From Eledone cirrhosa (Eukaryota), in contig OZ024754.1 of assembly GCA_964016885.1 (NCBI GenBank), positions 24,676,001 through 24,740,000 of the forward strand: a stretch of DNA of 64,000 nucleotides, written 5' to 3'. This document shows positions 44,101-58,256 of this stretch, piece after piece; positions within the stretch are counted from its first letter, which is position 1, and the number at the start of each line of letters is the position of its first letter. Both the position numbers and the translations under genes were made by a program. The notes beneath the pieces were generated by a model. The model worked only from the letters and a program-made list of their open reading frames with translations, made no database searches and had not been told where the DNA came from.

Positions 44101-47100
44101 AGATACAGTATTCCAAGATACAGTATTCCAAGAAACAGTATTCCAAGATACAGTATTCCAAGATACAGTATTTCAAGATACAGTATTCCAAGATACAGTA
44201 TTCCAAGATACAGTATTTCAAGATACAGTATTCCAAGGTACAGTATTCCAAGATACAGTATTCCAAGAAACAGTATTCCAAGATACAGTATTTCAAGATA
44301 CAGTATTCCAAGATACAGTATTCCAAGATACACTATTCCAAGATACAGTATTCCAAGATACAGTATTCCAAGATACAGTATTCCAAGATACACTATTGCA
44401 AGATACAGTATTCCAAGATACAGTATTCCAAGATACAGTATTCCAAGATACAGTATTCCAAGATACAGTATTCCAAGATACAGTATTTCAAGATACAGTA
44501 TTCCAAGGTATAGTATTCCAAGATACAGTATTTCAAGATACAGTATTCCAAGGTATAGTATTCCAAGATACAGTATTCCAAGATACAGTATTCCAAGAAA
44601 CAGTATTCCAAGATACAGTATTCCAAGATACAGTATTTCAAGATACAGTATTCCAAGGTATAGTATTCCAAGATACAGTATTTCAAGATACAGTATTCCA
44701 AGGTATAGTATTCCAAGATACAGTATTCCAAGATACAGTATTCCAAGAAACAGTATTCCAAGATACAGTATTTCAAGATACAGTATTCCAAGGTATAGTA
44801 TTCCAAGATACAGTATTCCAAGATACAGTATTCCAAGATACAGTATTCCAAGATACAGTATTCCAAGAAACAGTATTCCAAGATACAGTATTTCAAGATA
44901 CAGTATTCCAAGGTATAGTATTCCAAGATACAGTATTTCAAGATACAGTATTCCAAGGTATAGTATTCCAAGATACAGTATTTCAAGATACAGTATTCCA
45001 AGGTATAGTATTCCAAGATACAGTATTTCAAGATACAGTATTCCAAGGTATAGTATTCCAAGATACAGTATTTCAAGATACAGTATTTCAAGATACAGTA
45101 TTCCAAGAAACAGTATTCCTAGATACAGTATTCCAAGATACAGTATTCCAAGATACAGTATTCCAAGGTACAGTATTTCAAGATACAGTATTCCAAGGTA
45201 TAGTATTCCAAGATACAGTATTTCAAGATACAGTATTCCAAGATACAGTATTCCTAGATACAGTATTCCAAGATACAGTATTCCAAGGTATAGTATTCCA
45301 AGATACAGTATTTCAAGATACAGTATTCCTGGATACAGTATTCCAAGGTATAGTATCCCAAGATTACAGTATTCCAAGATACAGTATTTCTAGGTATGGT
45401 ATTCCAAGATACAGTATTCCAAGATACAGTATTCCAAGATACAGTATTTCAAGATACAGTATTCCAAGATACAGTATTCCAAGGTACAGTATTCCAAGAT
45501 ACAGTATTCCAAGATACAATATTTCAAGATATGGTATTCCTAGATACAGTATTCCAAGGTATAGTATTCCAAGATACAGTATTCCAACATACAGTATTCC
45601 AAGATACAGTATTTCAAGGTATGGTATTCCAAGATACAGTATTCCAACATACAGTATTCCAAGATACAGTATTCCAAGATACAGTATTCCAAGGTATAGT
45701 ATTCCAAGATACATATTCCAAGATACAGTATTCCAAGGTACAGTATTCCAAGATACACTATTCCAATATACAGTATTCCAACATACAGTATTCCAAGATA
45801 CAGTATTCCAAGGTATAGTATTCCAAGATACAGTATTCCAAGATACAGTATTCCGAGATACAGTATTCCTAGTTATAGTATTCCTAGATACAGTATTCCA
45901 AGGTATAGTATTCTAAGATACAGTATTCCAAGAAACAGTATTCCAAGATACAGTATTCCAAGATACAGTATTCCTAGTTATAGTATTCCTAGATACAGTA
46001 TTCCAAGGTATAGTATTCCAAGATACAGTATTCCAAGAAACAGTATTCCAAGATACAGTATTCCAAGATACAGTATTCCTAGATACAGTATTCCAAGATA
46101 CAATATTCCAAGATACAGTATTCCAAGGTATAGTATTCCAAGATACAGTATTCCTAGATACAGTATTCCAAGGTATAGTATTCCAAGATACAGTATTCCA
46201 AGATACAGTATTCCTAGTTATAGTATTCCTAGATACAGTATTCCAAGGTATAGTATTCCAAGATACAGTATTCCGAGATACAGTATTCCTAGATACAGTA
46301 TTCCAAGATACAGTATTCCGAGATACAGTATTCCTAGATACAGTATTCCAAGGTATAGTATTCCAAGATACAGTATTGCTAGATACAGTATTCCTAGATA
46401 CAGTATTCCTAGATACAGTATTCCTAGATACAGTATTCCAAGGTATAGTATTCCAAGATACAGTATTCCGAGATACAGTATTCCGAGATACAGTATTCCT
46501 AGTTATAGTATTCCTAGATACAGTATTCCAAGGTATAGTATTCCAAGATACAGTATTTCAAGATAAAGTATTCCAAGATACAGTATTCCAAGGTATAGTA
46601 TTCCAAGATACAGTATTTCAAGATACAGTATTCCAAGATACAGTATTCCAAGGTATAGTATTCCAAGGTACAGTATTCCAAGATACACTATTCCAAGATA
46701 CAGTATTCCGAGATACAGTATTCCTAGATACAGTATTCCAAGGTATAGTATTCCAAGATACAGTATTCCAAGGTATAGTATTCCAAGGTACAGTATTCCA
46801 AGATACAGTATTCCAAGATACAGTATTCCGAGATACAGTATTCCTAGATACAGTATTCCAAGGTATAGTATTCCTAGATACAGTATTCCAAGATACAGTA
46901 TTCCAAGATACAGTATTCCAATGTATAGTATTCCAAGATACAGTATTTCAAGATACAGTATTCCAAGATACAGTATTCCAAGATACAGTATTCCAAGGTA
47001 CAGTATTCCAAGATACACTATTCCAAGATACAGTATTCCGAGACACAGTATTCCTAGATACAGTATTCCAAGGTATAGTATTCCAAGATACAGTATTTCA

Positions 47101-48216
47101 AGATACAGTATTCCAAGATACAGTATTCCAAGGTACAGTATTCCAAGATACAGTATTCCAAGATACAGTATTGCAAGATACAGTATTCCAAGGTATAGTA
47201 TTCCAAGATACAGTATTCCAAGGTATAGTATTCCAAGATACAGTATTCCAAGATACAGTATTCCAAGATACAGTATTCCAAGATACAATATTCCAAGGTA
47301 TAGTATTCCAAGATACAGTATTCCAAGGTATAGTATTCCAAGATACAGTATTCCAAGGTATAGTATTCCAAGATACAGTATTCCAAGATACAGTATTCCA
47401 AGATACAATATTCCAAGGTATAGTATTCCAAGATACAGTATTCCAAGGTATAGTATTCCAAGATACAGTATTCCAAGATACAGTATTTCAAGATACAGTA
47501 TTCCAAGATACAGTATTCCAAGGTACAGTATTCCAAGATACAGTATTCCAAGATACAGTATTCCAAGGTACAGTATTCCAAGATACACTATTCCAAGATA
47601 CAGTATACCAAGATACAGTATTCCTAGATACAGTATTCCAAGATATAGTATTCCAAGATACAGTATTCCAAGATACAGTATTCCAAGGTATAGTATTCCT
47701 AGATACAGTATTCCAAGATACAGTATTCCAAGATACAGTATTCCAAGATACAGTATTCCAAGATCCAGCATTCCTAGATACAGTATTCCAAGATACAGTA
47801 TTCCAAGATACAGTATTCCAAGATACAGTATTCCAAGATACAGTATTCCAAGATATAGTATTCCAAGATACAGTATTCCAAGATACAGTATTCCAAGGTA
47901 TAGTATTCCTAGATACAGTATTCCAAGATACAGTATTCCAAGATACAGTATTCCAAGATCCAGCATTCCAAGATACAGTATGCCAAGATACAGTATTCCA
48001 AGGTATAGCATTCCAAGATACAGTATTCCAAGATACAGTATTCCAAGTTATATTATTCCAAGATGTGGTTATCCTAGGTATAGCATTCCAAGATACAGTA
48101 TTCCAAGATACAGTATTTCAAGGTATGGTATTCCAAGATATGGTATTCCAAGTTATATTATTCCAAGATGTGGTTTTCCTAGATACAGTTCTCCAAGATA
48201 CAGTATTCCTAGACAG
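38182..48216. repeat. 15-bp minisatellite (AGATACAGTATTCCA)n, ~670 units
   Basis: Directly visible. Variant types change along the array. Confidence 0.98.
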
Positions 48217-48549
48217 TAATATGTCTGAAAAATGGCATGACGGTCTTGTATCGACCGCTTTTAATTATAGGTAAGCACGAACAGCGCTGATATGGTATAA
48301 ACAACATCGAAAGCACTGCCACGTACTCTGCATTCTGTGCCATTACGGCCCTCTAAATTATGGTTTCAAATCCCTCTAGAAAGAAAATATAATTCTTCCA
48401 GGAGTCGATAAAATAAAAGTACCAGTTTAATACTGGAGTGGATTTAATCAAATTCCCATTCCCCTAAAATACCGACCTTGTACGTAAATTACTCCGCTAC
48501 CATCACCACTATCATATTTAAATTCACCATCTGGTATTTCTATGATATT

Positions 48550-49283
48550 ATCACCACCACCACCAGCACCACTATCACCACTACCACCACCACCACCACC
48601 ACTACCACTCTCACCACCACCACCACCACCACTACCACTATCACCTCCACCACCACTACTACCATTATCACCACCACCACCACTGCCATCACTACCACCA
48701 CCACTATCACCACCACCACCATCGCCACCATCATCACCACCACCACCACCACCACTACCATCACCATCATCACCACCACCACCACACCACCACCACTATC
48801 ACCACCACCATCACCACCATCACCACCAACACTACCACCACCACCACCATCATCACCACCACCACCATCATCACCACCACCACCACCATCATCACCACCA
48901 CCACCACCACCACCACCACCACCACCACCTCCACCATCATCATCACCACCACCACCATCATCACCACCACCACTACCACCACCACCACCACCACCACCAC
49001 CACTATCACCACCACCACACCACCACCACCACCACCACTACCACCACCACCACCACCATCATCACCACCACCACCATCATCACCACCACCACCACCACCA
49101 CCACCATCATCATCACCACCACCACCATCATCACCACCACCAACACTACAACCACCACCACTACCACCACCACCACCACTACCACCATCATCATCACCAC
49201 CACCACCATCATCACCACCACCAACACTACCACCACCACCACCACCACCATCATCATCACCACCACACCATCATCACCACCAC
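48550..49283. repeat. (CAC/CAT)n microsatellite
   Basis: Directly visible. Confidence 0.95.
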
Positions 49284-52240
49284 CCGGTAAAATACTGGCG
49301 TCGATTGATGACTTTGTTCCTACGTTAGAAACAATTATTATCACTTACTAGAAGATATATATTTAACACTTTTAAGATTTGGAATATTTTCAACACTGAA
49401 ATTATTTGTATTGGCGAGATACGAACCTAAAAATTGGAATTACTAACTCATACATCCAGAGAAATGCGCCAAGTTCTGTTCAACATCACTTACTGTTTGG
49501 AGTTAAGCAAGCTGTGGTATGAAAGCAAGTAGCGTATAGAATATCCAGCTGGGTTGGGAATTTTTCAGTTCAACTTCAGCTATCAGGTTGACATGACGAT
49601 GTCTTTCAGAAGAGTTCTGTCAACTTTTATGAATAGCACCCATTGAAATAAAAACTATTTTCCCCACCCGCTACGTACTCACTCATATCGTTACGTCGGA
49701 AATTCACAAACACTGGAGAATGATTTATTTCTTATAAATGAAGTAAATTCATTGCCAAATTGCTAAGAATACGGAATTTTGTGAGCAACACTTTAAGATG
49801 ATGGCGCAATGCAAAATGTTTGAAGTTATTGAGACTATCAGGGAGGCAGTTTTAGTGAAGGATGTATTTTATTGACTGCGACTATTCATCTTTGGACAAA
49901 GATGAATATGGTTCTTGTGAGAACACTTAGGTGTCTCATGCCACAAGCAGATGTGGGAGCAACTTTCTATAAGTGCCCACTTCAGCAAGTCACAAATGGA
50001 GAGGTTTACATCGTTTGCCGGAGAAAAACGAATTCTTTAGGTCAAATTATTTCTCCTATAAACATCGTTCGTTAGTATATAACTATGACATGCCTACCTA
50101 CTTTGGAAATATAGCTGGGAACGATCTGATTATTGTTGTGCAGTCTATTACGTGTGGTTATTGTTATCAAAATGTTTGTTTTTTCTTCTATATTTTTATG
50201 TTTTATTTTTAGTTTGGAAAATAAATATTTTCAGTCAACGATATCTGTGAGAACACACAGCACTAGCTTCAGCCAATGACTGAGCCTTATGAAATATAGG
50301 GCAACTGAGTTTATATGGCTTCATAACGGAAAGTAGTTTTGAAGATCATCATTTATTAGGGTGTAGACAACATAGAATCGTATCAAGCAATGAATTCGTA
50401 AACAAACCTTTTGATTTACAGTCATAGAAACCCGTTATAAAAGAAAGAACGTCTTCTTTATTTAGCTCCCATTCATCATCCATTCATCTAAAATAAATGT
50501 TATTCAAACAAAAATTGGATGGGGGTTATGTCTGGAAATTCTAAAAGAATGTTTAGATATATACTTCCTAAACATTTGACGTGATATAAAATTGTTGCGA
50601 AATCCGAACGAACTGTTCATATTAGCGAGGAAATAAAGAAAACTATCGTATAATTTGTTATAGTGATACGACTATTAAGTTACTTATATGTGATATAAAG
50701 GTATGGTCATTATTTATATTGTAAGGGTGTGGTTATTATGAAGAGTGAAGCCATCGTTTATGAGTGTCGTCATTATATTCATAGAAGGACTTCCTCTAAA
50801 TTATTGGTCTATTGAACATGGCTGAAAACTATCAGTTTAAAAAAAACAACAAACGTTCAACATAGTAAAGAGGAATTTCTGAATTTCCAAACATGAGGTT
50901 AAACATTTACAAAAGAGAAAAAATATGGTATTTTGTAAGATTTGGTTTCTTTCGAGGTATGTGTCGTAGGATTGTGACACGGCATAATGAAATGATTTTA
51001 TCATTTCTTTAAATTACATTTCTAGTGATAGGGGAAATGAGATTTTGTGACACACATTCTTGAAACACGTTACTAATATTATTGCAGTAACTAGAATAGA
51101 AGATTAATGGACCTCCTTCGGTTTCGAGGATGAGTGTTCCAGTTACTTGATCAATGGAACGGCCTGCACGTGAAATTAACGTGTAAGTAGTTAAGCATTC
51201 TCAGGGAGATTCGGCGAGACGAGCTTCCAAATTGTTTTCCGTCTATGCAGTGTCTCTCAAAAGGTTTATGTTGAGATCGAACGCATCGGCAGAAATCGAA
51301 TACGCACTACCAGAAATGAGTCGAACACCCTAACCACTAAGCCACCCGCTTTCACACACACCAAACTATTAGTTAACATTTAACTAGTCGGACAGACATA
51401 CCTAATTCGGTCTATATTTGAAGAAGTTATCAGTGTTCTTCATTCACTTCGTTACACGATATTTGTGCTGTACTGGGGAGGTAGCGAATGGTTAAGTCTT
51501 TAGAACAGTCATTTGACTTTCTGGATGGCACACTTAATTTCGAAATTGCCTTGAATCTTTTTTTATTTTTCATATGCGGCTCACTGTTCAAAAAGGGTTG
51601 CCAAGCTTGCTTTAGAATATCACCTAGAATACTTCGTCGTATTCATTTCAGCTCTTTGGTTCTGAGTTCAAATCTCATCCAGATCAATATTTGATTTTCA
51701 TCATTCTAGGTCGATAAATAAAGTACCAGATTCTTTCTACTTTCTCAAGAAGTATTCAACTGTGTTTAGAGATGGAAAGGGATAAATTCCGCCATGTTTA
51801 ACATGTCGAATACCCGTCGTGTGTTATGGTGGCACCCCTACAACACAATCGGAAGTTCAAGAACAATGGATGGTCTTATTGAGAAAATATTTCATTATAA
51901 CAACACAGAGTTTCAATTTTCTATCCAAACTATTTGTATTCAACTACACAACTATTATCATAGCAACGGAAATTAATGCCACACATAAAATTTCTTAGTT
52001 GACTCAATACGAGGTGGCATTTCTCTCTCTCTCTCTCTCTCGTTATATAAATATATATGTGTGTGTGTATGTTTGTGAGAGTGTGTCTATATATGTATGT
52101 ATACATTCATGTATTTCTCCCCCTAAACATAAGATGTGTGTGTGTGTATATATATATATATATACATACATACATACATACATACATACATACATACATA
52201 CAAACATATATACATACACACACACATACATACATACATT

Positions 52241-52293
<53 letters not shown>

Positions 52294-52695
52294 GTAAGGT
52301 TGTAAGATAAATGCGTCCGTAGGCGGTATGCCGGTTGAGCACTCGATGCTCGCGTACAGAAGAGTAGAATATTATAATGAGAAAGAGCGAGGATTCAGTG
52401 TTGCATCATATCATATTTAATGATATATTACATATGTTACTCTATCGATCAGCTCGAGGCAAGATCTATTACAGATCGGACCTGACTCTGTAATCGAAAG
52501 TTCTTCAGCTATGTTTGGTATATGCTTAGTTTGTATAACAATACACACACACACTTATATATATACATATATATGTGTGTGTGTGTGAGAGAGAGAGAAA
52601 GAGAGAATGTGTGTGTGTGTATATTGTTATACAAACTAAGCACACAACACACAAAAACAAGACAGACCAAAGGAGAGACACAAAATAACAACCTG

Positions 52696-52738
52696 GTCAC
52701 TGAGGAAGTCACAGAATGTGTGACGAAAGAGCTTTGAC
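52696..52738 (+). ncRNA. Minimal hammerhead ribozyme
   Basis: GTCA-CTGAGGA-A-GTCAC-AGAATGT-GTGAC-GAAAG-AG-CTT^TGAC. Confidence 0.7.
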
Positions 52739-52917
52739 AATATATAAACAACCATCCGGTTATCGAACCAACCTACCGGAAATCTATAATAAATTGAATT
52801 GAAAACCAACAGGTGCGTGTGTTTTTATTGGTAGGATGACCCTCCCAAAATATAACAATATCTGTTTCAACACACGGTTTCACATAAGAAATCTTGCAAA
52901 ACAAGTTCAAAAACGAC

Positions 52918-52994
<77 letters not shown>

Positions 52995-53358
52995 TAAACA
53001 CGCGCTTGTGCTTCTACGAATGTAAGTTTCTGGTTATGTCCGTGTAACAAACATTCGAAGTTGTGGAAACTCTTGTTTCGTGCTACACAACCAAGAGCAA
53101 TTTCCGTGACTAAATAGAAATACATGGCTGGCGGCCATCTTGCGCTGACAGGATACACTGAGCTCAAAAGTAAGACCATGTACGACATTTCCTCCTTTCA
53201 AATAGAGCTGTCAATCTATTTCCTGTTTGTACATTAAAGTGGGAGGCCGGCAACTCACATACATATACACAAATATACATGAATATGCACACGCATACAC
53301 ATACGTACACATTCACACACATATATTCACGTCTTTGTGTATGTGTGTATCGATACAG

Positions 53359-53432
<74 letters not shown>

Positions 53433-53569
53433 CGAAGGAAGTGTGGTAAGGAACCAGGTGGACCATAACGCACCAGAGTACTCAATACTTAGGGTAGTAG
53501 AGTGGGTAATAAGAAAATGTTCAAGACCCCGACGGCAGAGCTCGAGCCGTTTGGATGGCTATTTCTGAC

Positions 53570-53760
53570 TACCCCTGGACAGGATGCCAGTCCATCGCAG
53601 GGTGAAACCTCCAGCTATTGCTGGTACTCATTTTCATGAGTGTACTGGAGCGATGTGAAATGAAGTGTTTTGCTAAAGAACACAATACGCAACCCAGGAA
53701 TCGAACACCCGCCATTATGATCGTAAGTCGAACACCCTTGCTACTAGGCCACGTGCCTTC
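53570..53760 (-). mobile_element. tRNA-derived SINE (second family)
   Basis: Minus strand has an A-box-like TGGCCTAGTAGC and a B-box GTTCGATTCC, followed by a conserved-looking body. Confidence 0.65.
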
Positions 53761-53784
53761 AGTATCAGTATATATATTTAAATA

Positions 53785-54260
53785 TATGTAATCTGAGTTT
53801 TTCGAATATTAATAATAACATTCGATTCGTTTGCAATTATGCAAACAAGCCTCAATTTTATAGCCATGTCAGTAGAATGAACCCTTCATTCTTGCTCTTG
53901 TGTTGGCATGTGAACAGAACTGCAGACACTAATGTTTCTGGGTGTCACCCTTCATCAGTACAGCTCACAGTTTACCTGCCAAACTGTCAGAGCTAGTGAA
54001 AATATATGCTATTTTCAAAAATACACAGTGACTGATCGGTCTGATTTACATATTAGCAGACTGGCTGATCAGTAAGATCTGCATATTAGCAGCTCCACTG
54101 ATCAGCCCGATTTGCATATTAGCAGACTGGCCATTCAGTTTCCTGTATACGAGCGATAAATGGCCGGTTTTGCCAAATTCAAATAAAAAAGATTTTCGCT
54201 GTACATGGCTGAATACAGTTCTGTTCACATGCCAACACAAGAGCAAGAATGAAGGGTTTT
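53785..54260 (-). mobile_element. Octamer-repeat/HHR element, copy 2, with a short inverted arm (54216-54260)
   Basis: Homologous to 31190-31570. 54216-54258 is the reverse complement of 53880-53922. Confidence 0.8.
53917..53966 (-). ncRNA. Type I hammerhead ribozyme
   Basis: Minus strand GAGCTGTA-CTGATGA-A-GGGT-GAC-ACCC-A-GAAAC-ATTAGT-GTC^TGCAGTTC, with an 8-bp stem I. Confidence 0.82.
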
Positions 54261-54589
54261 TAGATCTCGTTAAGGGTGACAGCAGCGATTCTTTGCTTAA
54301 ACTTTAATCTGTTATTTTAATAAATATTTGCTCTACGGTTCTTATCGAGCCCTCTTTGGATTTTAGTCTTCTAATTTATTATTATTTCCCTCCTTGTATA
54401 GGGTGAGAATTGAAATTCGGTTATATACTGCTTCAATTTAATAGGTTTCTTTTTAAATAATTTTTTAAATCAAATCTGTATATCGGCGCCGTCGGGGTCA
54501 AACTTTTTCCTATTATCCACTCTACTACCCTAAGTATTGAGTACTCTGGTGCGTTATGGTCCATCTGGTTCCTCACCACACTTCCTTCG

Positions 54590-54623
<34 letters not shown>

Positions 54624-54686
54624 AGGAGTGTAACGCGGAGTTACTCTAGGTTCACTCGGGTGAGCATATAGAGTGTAATATAATAA

Positions 54687-54962
54687 AACAAGGACGAAAG
54701 GTTACTTCTTCATTACGTTTATTGGTTGGTGACGCGCGTTTCGCTATTGATCAGCTCAAGCTTCGATCTGTATCGATATAGCCCGACTCTGTAATCAATG
54801 GCTCGTCGGACCTTTGTAGTAGTAATGACCACAGAGGTCCGGCGAGCCATTGATTACAGAGTCGGGCTAGATCGATACAGATTGGACCTTGAGCTGATCA
54901 ATAGCGAAACGCGCGTCACCAACCAATAAACGTAATGAATGAGTAACCACCATTCGTCCTTG

Positions 54963-54964
<2 letters not shown>
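54687..54964. repeat. Foldback whose arms each carry a variant HHR with a long stem II
   Basis: GGT-CCG(A/G)CGA-GCCATTGAT...ATCAATAGC-GAAACGCGCGTC^ACC. A homolog at ~52425-52515 (-) has CTGAAGA. Confidence 0.8.
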
Positions 54965-55019
<55 letters not shown>

Positions 55020-55109
55020 TATACATATGAATACATAATTACATCCATATATATATATAGAGAGAGAGAGATAAATATACACCGGTGTGTATGATTGTGT
55101 ATAGAAGAT

Positions 55110-55492
55110 TATATTAATAAGAGGAATTCCAACTTTGTCTGATTTACTCGTTTTATTTACAATCCTTTAAAATTTATAATGGTATTATAATGAAATAGTA
55201 TGATAGAATATTAAATTCTAAGTGTTAATTGAACAAGTACTTTCATGCTTTCGCAATCTTCAGGTTTATAATATGTGGTGACAGTCAAGTTTGCAATTTT
55301 CAACTGTTGAAAATTGCAAACTTGACTGTCACCACATATTATGAACCTGAAGATTGCGAAATCATGAAAGTACTTGTTCAATTAACACTTAGAATTTAAT
55401 ATTCTATCATACTATTTCATTATAATACCATTATAAATTTTAAAGGATTGTAAATAAAACGAGTAAATCAGACAAAGTTGGAATTCCTCTTA

Positions 55493-55500
<8 letters not shown>
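55110..55500. repeat. Near-perfect palindrome (centre ~55305) with a minimal HHR in each arm
   Basis: Right arm 55343-55379 reads GAAC-CTGAAGA-TTGC-GAAA-(T/G)CAT-GAAA-GTACTT^GTTC. Confidence 0.88.
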
Positions 55501-55574
<74 letters not shown>

Positions 55575-55580
<6 letters not shown>

Positions 55581-56826
55581 TAAAGTTAGTCCTTCATCAG
55601 TGATCTTCCAACCATCATTGGTATTTCATCGCTTTAAAGACCATATACCTTCGGTTGGTGCGAGCAACGGCTAAAAAAAGTCGTTGGGATACGTAAATAA
55701 AGGGGACACAAGTGTAAACAAACAAAAATGGTGAAGCAACGAAAAGTGAGGAAGAAGGGTCAACTCCCAAATTTCTATGAATTTAAATTCGGTGAAATCG
55801 TGAACGAGAGAGAATAAAGACCATCAAACCTGGTTGAAATGTGATCAAGGAAGGAATTTCGCACAGGTCTAACGGGAGGAAGAAGGGGTCTAGTCTGTGA
55901 ATTCGGTAAACATAAGTTCTGTGAAATCGTAGACGAGAGAGAGAAAAAATGCCGACCGGCCTGGCTAAGCGTGCGAAAGAAAAGAATTACGCACAGGTCA
56001 AACGGGAAGAAGGAGGAGGAGGAGGAGGAGAGGTAGTAACGGAGAATGAGTGAGTGAAGGGTGAGGAAGAGGCTAACAGAGAGAGTGACTGCTAGAGAGG
56101 GTAAAGATACAGAGAAAGAGGAAGCAGTAAGAACGAAATAGACGGGTAACAGCACGGGAAATGTAACCCATTAGCAACCCCGCAGCACGTTTATTTCATA
56201 TTTACACATATTTTTTCCCCCGCTGTGACCCGTCTATTTCGTTCTTACTGCTTCCTCTTTCTCTGTATCTTTACCCTCTCTAGCAGTCACTCTCCCTGTT
56301 AGCCTCTTCCTCACCCTTCACTCACTCATTCTCTGTTACTACCTCTCCTCCTCCTCCTTCTTCCCGTTTGACCTGTGCGTAATTCTTTTCTTTCGCACGC
56401 TTGGCCAGGCCGGTCGGCATTTTTTCTCTCTCTCGTCTACGATTTCACAGAACTTATATTTACCGAATTCACAGACTAGACCCCTTCTTCCTCCCGTTAG
56501 ACCTGTGCGAAATTCCTTCCTTGCTCACATTTCAACCAGGTTTGATGGTCTTTATTCTCTCTCGTTCACGATTTCACCGAATTTAAATTCATAGAAATTT
56601 GGGATTTGACTCCTTCTTCCTCACTTTTCGTTGCTTCACCATTTTTGTTTGTTTACACTCGTGTCCCCTTTATTTACGTGTCCCAACGACTTTTTTTTAG
56701 CCGTTGCTCGCACCAACCGGAGGTATATGGTCTTTAAAGCGATGAAATACCAATGATGGTTGGAAGATCACTGATGAAGGACTAACTTTATTCATATGTA
56801 ACCCATTATCAACCCCGCAGCACGTT

Positions 56827-56835
<9 letters not shown>
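55575..56835. repeat. Large foldback: inverted arm 55575-56160 plus ~1.07 units of a ~635-bp monomer, TA-flanked
   Basis: The arms are reverse complementary. ATGTAACCCATT...TTCATAT occurs at 56161 and 56796. CTGATGAAGGACT at 56771 has no following GAAA. Confidence 0.88.
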
Positions 56836-56885
<50 letters not shown>

Positions 56886-56954
56886 CAAATACACACATAT
56901 ATATATATGAGTGTATATATGTATGTAATGATATGGTATGGTCCCGTAACTCCA

Positions 56955-57018
<64 letters not shown>

Positions 57019-57167
57019 CTTGTGTACAATAGCTGAACATCATGAGAAATATAAAATAAACTCTAACAACCTTACCATTGCTTCTGTCCAGGAAAAAAGT
57101 CAGTATTTTGATATTTATTTCCACAAACGACTGTAAAATCAATTAAGACTCGGAGGAGGTGTTGAAT

Positions 57168-57296
<129 letters not shown>

Positions 57297-57422
57297 CATA
57301 CATTCATACATATATACATACACATATTCACACACATATACATACAAGTACATACATACACATACGTACACGCTCATTCTCTCACTCGCTCACTCTTTAA
57401 CACACACACACATATATATATA

Positions 57423-57609
57423 TGAAAAGATTCAGTACCCCGACGGATGAGCTCCAGCCGAACTGAAGCGCCAGTTCGTATCTAGCTGCTGTCGAAACGG
57501 CCGGGCTCAGCCGTCGTGGTCCTGAATATTTTCATGTTACCCACTCTACTACCCCAAGTATCGAGTACTTTGGTGGGTTACGGTCCACCTGGTTTTTTAC
57601 CACACCCTA

Positions 57610-57613
<4 letters not shown>
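57423..57613 (+). mobile_element. TA-flanked element with the 3' half of an HHR and a short inverted arm; homologs at 53431-53547 (-) and 54487-54592 (+)
   Basis: GAAACGGC-loop-GCCGTC^ stem III, plus the shared tail CCACTCTACTACCC...GAGTACT...CCACAC. Confidence 0.7.
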
Positions 57614-57649
<36 letters not shown>

Positions 57650-57657
<8 letters not shown>

Positions 57658-58219
57658 GAATAGAATGAAATGAAATTTCATTTCTCACTCTTAGTACGGC
57701 ACTTACTTAAATGTAAGTATGCATATATACGTACATACATATATGCATACAGACGTACAGTAGCATGTGTATATATATATATATATATACATACAGGCAC
57801 ACATATATATATGTACGTATCAGTTTAGCGAACATTTATTATAATGCTCGCTTTGTCCGTTTGTAAACAAACGGACAGCCTGATTTATGCCGTACGGTGT
57901 TAAGGCAACCACGTCACCTTTTTGTTCAACACTGACACAGGAACGATGTACTAGTTTCAAGCTTGTTAGCTATCGTCAGCACCGTATACCCTTCTGCCAG
58001 ATGGTTGAACGTTCGAAAGTATATACTTTCCTTATGAAAATTAACGGCTGAGCAGCCTAATTTGCATATCGTGTGAGTTTAGTCGGCCAAGCGCACCGAA
58101 AACGATAAAATGGAATAGAATGAAATGATATTTCATTTCTCACTCTTAGTACGGCACTTACTTAAATGTAAGTATGTATGTATACGTACATACATATATG
58201 CATACAGACGTACAGTAGC

Positions 58220-58256
<37 letters not shown>

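Noticed and set aside
38260-45393. 2377-aa (PRYSI)n ORF and overlapping LGILY/EYCIL/FQDTV ORFs
   Set aside because: Expected from a stop-free 15-bp unit. Several frames are open at once and there is no unique coding context.
49370-51120. Unique AT-rich stretch as a possible exon or decayed transposase
   Set aside because: Only short ORFs, with no motif I can recognise.
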